The translations under genes and the position numbers were made by a program. This document shows, in pieces, positions 37,880 through 44,570 of a DNA stretch of 64,000 nt; the stretch's first letter is position 1; every line of letters starts with the position of its first letter. The notes under the pieces are model-generated. The model made no database searches and was not told the DNA's origin. It saw only the letters and a program-made list of their open reading frames with translations. This DNA is from an uncultured Rikenellaceae bacterium (GTDB lineage: Bacteria > Bacteroidota > Bacteroidia > Bacteroidales > VadinHA17): NCBI GenBank assembly GCA_964613785.1, contig CAZTJT010000012.1, forward strand, positions 37,065-101,064. The letters are read 5' to 3'.

Positions 37880-39718
37880 ATGAATGATCATCTTTTAATT
37901 GACATCTCTAGGGGTGAATTTCTTTACCAGCTTTTTTATATGCTGGCTTTTCTTGCAGCTTATATGATTCTGATCTATGAAGGGATCAGGCGGAATTTTC
38001 CTGTTCTCAGGTGGATTATACTACTGGCGCTTATCAGGTTCTTCGTAGTGATCGGGACAAAAATTTTCTCCTACACCCTGCAGGACTGGATTGCCATGTT
38101 TCAGAACCGGTCCTTCATTTACAATAATGAAAAAACTTTGTTCGGTGGATTGATCCTGGGTGTGGCAGGATATTTTCTTGGCAGATACCTGCTTAAATTC
38201 AAATACCATGTCTGGGATACCATATCCATTGCGTTCCCTGCAGCCGTAGCAATACAAAGCATAGGTTGTTTCTTTTACGGGTGCTGCTTCGGAACACCTT
38301 CCAACCTGCCATGGGCGGTGCAGTATCCGGTAATGAGTCTGGCCCATTACCATCAGTTCGGATCGGGTATTATAACATTGAATGACATTCGTTCTTTACC
38401 TGTACATCCTGTTCAGCTTTACGAATCTGTCGGAGGTTTGCTCGTGATCTTTCTCGTTCTTTTTTTCCGCAAATTTCTCAGAGCGCAGGGGAGCCTTTTT
38501 CTTTGTTCAGCAATAATATTTTCTCTCGTGAGGTTGTCTGCTGAATTTTTCAGAGATCCGCTTTCCAACAAAACCGGTGGGGAAATGCTCTGGATTATGA
38601 AACAGGTACAGTGGCAATATCTGGTATTTGGTCTTCTTATGGCTATTGTACTTTATTTCAGGGAAAAGAATTACAAAGTGAGAATCAGAATAGTGCGGAG
38701 TGATCAGCCGGTTTTAGCCACTCAGATCTCAATAGTTTTTTCCCTGGCATTTTTACTGTTGATTCTGCGAAAGTGGTTTACCCTGCCAGAGGTTATTGCT
38801 CTTAATATTGCTTTGCTGCCCGCAGTGATTTTTATGGGTTTCGAGTTTTATAAACATTATTCATCACACAGATACAAATGGATATATGTATGCAGCCTCG
38901 TACTTCCTCTGTTTCTCATGAGCCAGACACTGCCTCAGGCTCAGATTGATGAAGGAAATACCATGAAGCAACGGACCTGGCACACCATCGGAAGTGGTTT
39001 TGCAACAGGAAGTTATACCGATCATAGGTATAATTTCTCAGGTAGCGGCTGTGACAGGGTCTCAAATGAAGATTACTTCAGTCAGAAATACACTGTTGCA
39101 GGAGCAGGTTATTCCTATACAAAGGATGATCCAGCCAGACAGATAACCACCCGGTTTGGTGCAAACATCGTGGCGGGCGGTTACAGACAGATCAGGCAGT
39201 CGGATAATTTTGAAAGTAATAGGACAATTGTAGATATAAATCCGTATGCAAAATACGATACCAAATGGGTTGGAATAGGTGCGGGTCTTCACCTCGGTAA
39301 TCTGGTATATACAACCGGCGACAGGAGAAAGAAATATGACGAATATCCACCTATGCCATCAGAGGGTAATTTTCATACTTTTGTCATGCCGCAGTTTGAT
39401 CTCCGTATAGGTGTAAAACGGTTTTTCTTCGCCGACTTTCATTTAGCCGACCAGTTTCCAGCATCGGTTCCGGGACTGGCATTCCAGACTGGAATAGGAT
39501 CAGGATTCGGACTAAGGAATGGTTTGAATCTGAGGACTGGATTATCTTTTCTTGAGCCATCTTCTTTTTACATATCGGGGTACTTGCCGGTAGCAGATCA
39601 GATTGTTATTGAACCTTTGTTTCTCTGGACTGCTAAAGGCGAAAGATCCTGGTATACAGTAAAACTACCTGAAAATCAGTTTTCGCTTGGGATTTCATAC
39701 CGGTTTGGATATAAATAG
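37880..39718 (+). CDS. lgt: Prolipoprotein diacylglyceryl transferase (Lgt) fused to extra TM helices and a ~260-aa C-terminal beta-rich domain
   Basis: Lgt-like core: LFGGLILGV, IGCFFYGCCFGTPSNLPWAV, HPVQLYES. Further TM segments follow to about residue 350, then a Gly/Tyr/aromatic-rich domain ending ...FSLGISYRFGYK. The start is either TTG 37853 or ATG 37880. Confidence 0.65.
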   Translation: MNDHLLIDISRGEFLYQLFYMLAFLAAYMILIYEGIRRNFPVLRWIILLALIRFFVVIGTKIFSYTLQDWIAMFQNRSFIYNNEKTLFGGLILGVAGYFLGRYLLKFKYHVWDTISIAFPAAVAIQSIGCFFYGCCFGTPSNLPWAVQYPVMSLAHYHQFGSGIITLNDIRSLPVHPVQLYESVGGLLVIFLVLFFRKFLRAQGSLFLCSAIIFSLVRLSAEFFRDPLSNKTGGEMLWIMKQVQWQYLVFGLLMAIVLYFREKNYKVRIRIVRSDQPVLATQISIVFSLAFLLLILRKWFTLPEVIALNIALLPAVIFMGFEFYKHYSSHRYKWIYVCSLVLPLFLMSQTLPQAQIDEGNTMKQRTWHTIGSGFATGSYTDHRYNFSGSGCDRVSNEDYFSQKYTVAGAGYSYTKDDPARQITTRFGANIVAGGYRQIRQSDNFESNRTIVDINPYAKYDTKWVGIGAGLHLGNLVYTTGDRRKKYDEYPPMPSEGNFHTFVMPQFDLRIGVKRFFFADFHLADQFPASVPGLAFQTGIGSGFGLRNGLNLRTGLSFLEPSSFYISGYLPVADQIVIEPLFLWTAKGERSWYTVKLPENQFSLGISYRFGYK

Positions 39719-39765
39719 AAAGGTCCCGGGAATAGTGCTGCCCGGCGGATTCGGGCGAAATAAAG

Positions 39766-39811
39766 AAAAGCAGCCAATCGGCTGCTTAGTGATCCAGCTG
39801 GGGCTCGAACC
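39766..39811 (-). repeat. Partial duplicate of the tRNA-Lys 3' end (T-loop to discriminator) plus its terminator hairpin
   Basis: 46/46 identity with 39898-39943 at an offset of 132 bp. The upstream part needed for a T-stem is absent, so this copy is not a functional tRNA. Confidence 0.8.
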
Positions 39812-39895
39812 GTTCCAAGCGTTAAGAATCACGCCGGTGGCGTGATTTAGCGAAGGAGACAGCCTGCCGCGGTGGCGGGTTCGAGCGTAGTAAAC

Positions 39896-39918
39896 AAAAA
39901 AGCAGCCAATCGGCTGCT
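39896..39918 (-). terminator. Rho-independent terminator of tRNA-Lys
   Basis: The minus strand reads AGCAGCC-GATT-GGCTGCT followed by TTTTT, directly after the tRNA 3' end. Confidence 0.8.
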
Positions 39919-39921
39919 TAG

Positions 39922-39994
39922 TGATCCAGCTGGGGCTCGAACCCAGGACCCCATCCTTAAAAGGGATGTGCTCTACCTGCTGAGCTACTGAATC
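39922..39994 (-). tRNA. tRNA-Lys (anticodon UUU)
   Basis: 73-nt cloverleaf folded by hand. The segments in order are: acceptor GATTCAG/CTGGATC, D arm GCTC-AGCAGGTA-GAGC, anticodon arm CATCC-CTTTTAA-GGATG, variable loop GGGTC, T arm CTGGG-TTCGAGC-CCCAG, discriminator A. No encoded CCA. Confidence 0.9.
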
Positions 39995-40011
39995 AAAACC
40001 ATTATACTAAA

Positions 40012-40065
40012 GAACGCAGGACCCTCCCGCAAGGCGGGATGCTCTACCTGCTGAGCTACTGAATC
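40012..40065 (-). pseudogene. Truncated tRNA-Lys-like remnant (5' half only)
   Basis: 25 nt identical to the acceptor/D-arm of the intact tRNA (40041-40065 versus 39970-39994). An aberrant anticodon-like hairpin follows (TCCCGCCTTGCGGGA, CTT in the loop). There is no T arm or 3' acceptor strand. Confidence 0.65.
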
Positions 40066-40215
40066 GACCTTAATTTTTCGCGGTGCAAATTTAGCAATAA
40101 ATGAAACAATTCAAAAGTTTCTTGTTTTTTATATCTGAAATTTATAAAATATTCTGTTAAAAATCAAAAAATGTTATTTTTGGAAGCCTGTTGCCAAGTG
40201 ATAGCCAGGATAAAA

Positions 40216-41037
40216 ATGAATAATAATATTTTCAGGGATAAGGTTGTAATTGTGACTGGAGCCTCATCAGGAATAGGAGAGGCTGTTTCCAGGGAATTTG
40301 CAAGATATGGCAGCAAGGTTGTTATGGCAGCCCGGTCTGTCGACAGGCTGGCAGCTATTGCTGAGGAGATCAAAGCTGAAAAGGGCGAAGTATCTTTTAT
40401 AAAGACAGATGTAAGTATCGAGGATGACTGTAAAAGGATGGTAGAGTATGCTGTCTCTCAATACGGAACAGTCCATTATCTCATAAATAATGCCGGTATA
40501 TCCATGCGCGCCCTCTTCGACGATGTTGATCTTAATGTCCTCCACCGACTGATGAATGTAAACTTTTGGGGAACAGTTTATTGTACCAGATATGCTCTGC
40601 CTTTTCTTATCAGGAACAGGGGGTCTCTGGTTGGAGTCTCTTCTGTCGCAGGATTTCACGGTCTGCCTGGCAGAACAGGTTACTCTGCCTCAAAATTTGC
40701 AATGCATGGGTTCCTTGAAACAATACGTATAGAGAACCTTAAAAAAGGCCTTCATGTGATGATCATTGCACCTGGATTTACTGCCACTGAAATCAGAAAA
40801 CATGCCCTGATTGCCGATGGCTCAGAACAGGGGGAATCCCCAAGAAATGAAGAAAAACTGAAATCCCCTGAATATGTTGCCAGATGGATACTTAAAGGCA
40901 TCAGAAAGAAAAAAAGAAACAAACTCCTTACCTGGGATGGCCGGCTGACTGCCCTCTTCCAGAGAATAATTCCTGAGGTTGTCGACTGGGGGTACTATCA
41001 TGCAATGTCGCGCGAACCTAAATCTCCAATAAAATAG
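40216..41037 (+). CDS. Short-chain dehydrogenase/reductase (SDR)
   Basis: Start at MNNNIFRDKVVIVTGASSGIGEA. Motifs NNAG and YSASKFA. Length about 273 aa. Confidence 0.85.
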   Translation: MNNNIFRDKVVIVTGASSGIGEAVSREFARYGSKVVMAARSVDRLAAIAEEIKAEKGEVSFIKTDVSIEDDCKRMVEYAVSQYGTVHYLINNAGISMRALFDDVDLNVLHRLMNVNFWGTVYCTRYALPFLIRNRGSLVGVSSVAGFHGLPGRTGYSASKFAMHGFLETIRIENLKKGLHVMIIAPGFTATEIRKHALIADGSEQGESPRNEEKLKSPEYVARWILKGIRKKKRNKLLTWDGRLTALFQRIIPEVVDWGYYHAMSREPKSPIK

Positions 41038-41277
41038 TCTCGCAATAATTATTTCACATTTTTGTCGATTTTCTGTAATGAAAATCCTTCATGTCCGTCT
41101 GGATAGTACAAACCGGTATTCGGATATTATGAAATATTTATACATCGACCATTAAAAATAAAATCATTTACCCATGAAAAGAATGTTTGTTTCTATTATG
41201 CTGTCAGTAATGGCATCACTGATTTAAGGACAAAAATCAATTGATGATATAGGTTGCTCAGAGGTCAGCATTGTTGA

Positions 41278-41421
41278 GATGATTCAGTGCAGGATGTGTT
41301 TGTGAAACTATGGAAAATGAATGAAGCCCTTGAAACATACAAAGCCGTTATCGTCCTAGCTGTTATAACTGTAAGAAATTATTATATCGACCAGTTGCTC
41401 AGAAATAGCTGGGAGACATAA
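41278..41421 (+). pseudogene. Remnant of an ECF sigma-70 factor gene (region 2 fragment)
   Basis: Between two stops the frame reads DDSVQDVFVKLWKMNEALETYKAVIVLAVITVRNYYIDQLLRNSWET. This matches the ECF region-2 pattern (..QDVF.KLW......ayl..i.rN..iD.lR) but covers only about 47 codons with no start. Confidence 0.55.
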
Positions 41422-41588
41422 CCGAGATTGAAACCATAAACCCGGTAAGTGATCTCCGGCCCTTTTCCCCGGGAACAGTCAGACTGCTTCGTTTATGCTG
41501 AAATACAGAATTATTTATCTTCTGATATTGATAAAGTGCATCATAATTAGTTAATTTCATGGTTTAAAACTGAACCAGGTGTAGACTG

Positions 41589-43766
41589 ATGCCAGAAACT
41601 CAGAAAATAAACAGGGCATATGGTGCATTGCTGCGTGCTGCCGCAAATACTTTGGCTCCGGGAGACAGCAAAAAGATAAGAAAGGCCCTCGATTATGCCA
41701 TTAAAGCATGTTCAGGCAATACTATACTTACGGGGGAATCTGAAGTTATCCATGCACTTTCAGTTGCTACAATCATTTCCGCTGAGATGGGACTGGGGCT
41801 TACCTCAATAATAACCGCATTGCTGCACGATTCATATGACAGACTTGAAATATCGCAGACTGAACTAGAAAAAGAGTTTGGAAAGAAGGTTGTGGAAATA
41901 CTTCAGGGTTTTTCGCGGATAACCGGTATCAATTCGATGCAGTCTTCTTATCAGGCAGAAAACTTCCGAAAGCTACTTCTGAGTCTTGCCGATGATGTAA
42001 GAGTCATCCTGATAAAGCTGGTGGAAAGGCTCGAATACATGCGCAACCTCGACAATGCCCCGGAGAAGGAAAAGCTACCTCTTGCTTCAGAAACATACTT
42101 CCTGTATGCGCCTCTTGCTCACAGGCTTGGATATTACAATATCAAGTCCGAGATGGAGGACCTTGCAGTGAAATATCTTGAACCAGATCAGTATAGATAT
42201 GTTGACAGCCGGCTTAAGCAGACTACTGCTTCACGAAACAAACTGATCCGTGAGTTTTCGGCACCACTTGGCGAAAAGCTTGATAAGCTGGGCCTCAGAT
42301 ACACTATTAAAAGCCGTACCAAATCTATCCATTCCATTATGCTCAAGATGAAAAGGCAGGGAGTTGATTTTGATGAGGTATTCGACCTGTTTGCTGTCAG
42401 AATAATAATTGACAGCGATCCGGAAAACGAAAAATCAGACTGCTGGAGAGTTTATTCCGTAGTCACCGACCTGTATCAGCCTAATCCCAGCCGTATGCGT
42501 GATTGGATATCGGTACCTAAATCAAATGGTTATGAATCCCTGCATACAACAGTAGTAGGACCCAGGGGTAAATGGGTCGAGGTACAGATTCGTTCTACAA
42601 GGATGGATGAAATAGCGGAAAAAGGACTTGCCGCTCACTTCAAATACAAGGGATTAAAAGGAGAGGGGGGACTCGACACATGGCTGACAAAAATGCGTGA
42701 GATCCTCGAGTCGTCTGAAAAAGAGGACAGCGCATTTCTCGATCAGGTCCGATCTGGTCTTTATACCGATGAAGTATTTGTCTTTACACCAAAGGGCGAT
42801 CTGCGGCAGCTTCCGGCTGGAGCCACGGTGCTCGATTTTGCCTTTGATATCCATACTGCCGTCGGCTCATCATGTGTTGGAGGAAAAGTAAACGGGAAAA
42901 ATGTCACCATAAGGTATATCCTTCAAAACGGTGACCATGTTTCCGTTATCAGGTCGAAAAATCAGAAGCCCAAACAGGACTGGCTCTCTTTTGTTGTTAC
43001 CAGCAAAGCAAAAGCCAAAATAAAGCAGGCCCTGAATGAAGAGAGAACTAAAGCTGCAGCCGAAGGAAAGGAGATGCTGATGCGCCGCCTTAAAAACTGG
43101 AAGATAGCCTATGGTGATTCTGTAATTCAAAAACTTATTGATCATTATAATCTTAAGACAGCCCAGGATCTTTACTGCAATATCGAATCGGGAAAAACCG
43201 ATCTGCTCCAGATCAAGGAAATACTTCAGAAGACTGATGAAGTACAGGACAGTGTTCAGTTGCCGGAACTGGCAGAAAAGGAAAGCAGGGAAATAATCGG
43301 ATCCCAGTATTCGGATTACCTTATAATTGAAGACAGGATCGAAGGACTCGATTATAAACTTGCAAAATGCTGTAATCCCGTATTTGGGGATAATATATTC
43401 GGGTTTGTAACTATATCGGAAGGAATCAAAATACACCGGACCGGTTGCCCGAATGCACATAATCTGATTTCAAGATATCCCTACAGGGTTGTGGTCGCAA
43501 GATGGACAAAGGCAAAAGGAGCTCCCTCATTCAATGCTGTTATAAGAATAACAGGAGTTGAAGACATCGGAATAGGCAATAAAATTGCCGATATTCTGGC
43601 AAACTACAATGTAAGTGTAAGGAACTTCAGTTACGGAATGGATGAAGGTATGTTCCAGGGAACACTCAGCATAATGGTTCCCAATAACGATGTACTATAC
43701 GGAATCATCAGGAAAATAAGTTCAATAAAAGGAGTCATCAAGGCTTTGCGGCAAACAAGCGGATAG
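41589..43766 (+). CDS. RelA/SpoT homolog (long RSH, (p)ppGpp synthetase; hydrolase motif degenerate)
   Basis: HD-domain region HALSVATI...ALLHDSYDR. Synthetase motifs SRTKSIHSIMLKM, DLFAVRII and YESLHTTV. TGS (VFVFTPKGD...LP.GATVLDFA) and a C-terminal ACT-like domain. Confidence 0.88.
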   Translation: MPETQKINRAYGALLRAAANTLAPGDSKKIRKALDYAIKACSGNTILTGESEVIHALSVATIISAEMGLGLTSIITALLHDSYDRLEISQTELEKEFGKKVVEILQGFSRITGINSMQSSYQAENFRKLLLSLADDVRVILIKLVERLEYMRNLDNAPEKEKLPLASETYFLYAPLAHRLGYYNIKSEMEDLAVKYLEPDQYRYVDSRLKQTTASRNKLIREFSAPLGEKLDKLGLRYTIKSRTKSIHSIMLKMKRQGVDFDEVFDLFAVRIIIDSDPENEKSDCWRVYSVVTDLYQPNPSRMRDWISVPKSNGYESLHTTVVGPRGKWVEVQIRSTRMDEIAEKGLAAHFKYKGLKGEGGLDTWLTKMREILESSEKEDSAFLDQVRSGLYTDEVFVFTPKGDLRQLPAGATVLDFAFDIHTAVGSSCVGGKVNGKNVTIRYILQNGDHVSVIRSKNQKPKQDWLSFVVTSKAKAKIKQALNEERTKAAAEGKEMLMRRLKNWKIAYGDSVIQKLIDHYNLKTAQDLYCNIESGKTDLLQIKEILQKTDEVQDSVQLPELAEKESREIIGSQYSDYLIIEDRIEGLDYKLAKCCNPVFGDNIFGFVTISEGIKIHRTGCPNAHNLISRYPYRVVVARWTKAKGAPSFNAVIRITGVEDIGIGNKIADILANYNVSVRNFSYGMDEGMFQGTLSIMVPNNDVLYGIIRKISSIKGVIKALRQTSG

Positions 43767-43791
43767 TCATTAACCAAAAATACTTCCAGGT

Positions 43792-44490
43792 ATGCTTTTC
43801 AATAATCTGTTATTTGTCTCTCTTGCTCCGGTTCTTATAATCGCATTCTATATTTATAACCGAGACAAATATGAGAAAGAACCATTTTCTATTCTGATAA
43901 AAGCTTTGTTTACAGGAGTTTTAACTGTTATACCTGCAGTTATAGTTGAGAAGATTCTGACAGTGTTTTCCCCGGCTTGGGAAGGATTGTCCTTTGCAGG
44001 CTATAATGCCTTTGTTGTTGCTGCGTTCACTGAAGAACTATTCAAATTCCTTGCATTTTATTTCTTCTTCTGGAAGAACAGGAACTTCAATGAAAAATTC
44101 GACGGAATTGTTTATGCCGTATATATTTCCCTGGGGTTTGCTGCAGTTGAGAATATCCTTTATGTCTTTACCGGAGGGGTGGGGGTCGGGATTGTACGGG
44201 CACTGACAGCAGTACCAGCTCATGCACTTTTCGGAATCATGATGGGATACTATTTTGGCCTGGCCCGTTTTAATGTCACACTCAGGTCACTGAATCTTAT
44301 GCTGGCATTTCTCCTTCCTTTTGTATTCCATGGTTTGTACGACTTTATCCTTATGAGTAATTCGCAAATGCTGTTAACTGTTTTCATTCCACTGTTCGCC
44401 TATTTCTGGGTAATGGGATTCCGGAAAATGTCGCGGCTGTCGGATGCATCGGTTTTCAGGGTTAATTCAGACGACCGTTCAGAATACTAG
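43792..44490 (+). CDS. PrsW-family intramembrane glutamic/metalloprotease
   Basis: Polytopic, with FTEELFKFLAF (EExxK), AVENILY, HALFG and FHGLYDF motifs. Confidence 0.7.
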   Translation: MLFNNLLFVSLAPVLIIAFYIYNRDKYEKEPFSILIKALFTGVLTVIPAVIVEKILTVFSPAWEGLSFAGYNAFVVAAFTEELFKFLAFYFFFWKNRNFNEKFDGIVYAVYISLGFAAVENILYVFTGGVGVGIVRALTAVPAHALFGIMMGYYFGLARFNVTLRSLNLMLAFLLPFVFHGLYDFILMSNSQMLLTVFIPLFAYFWVMGFRKMSRLSDASVFRVNSDDRSEY

Positions 44491-44570
44491 TCTGTTTCAT
44501 AATCGCGAATCAGATCATATCATTAAGGTCATTCCCATAGACTACTGACCCATGGAAGAATGGTTCATCG

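Noticed and set aside
39766-40065. The direct repeats of the tRNA-Lys 3' end could be attL/attR of an integrated genomic island.
   Set aside because: The repeats are only 132 bp apart and enclose no genes. No integrase, excisionase or mobility gene lies nearby. At most this is a scar, and it is reported as such.
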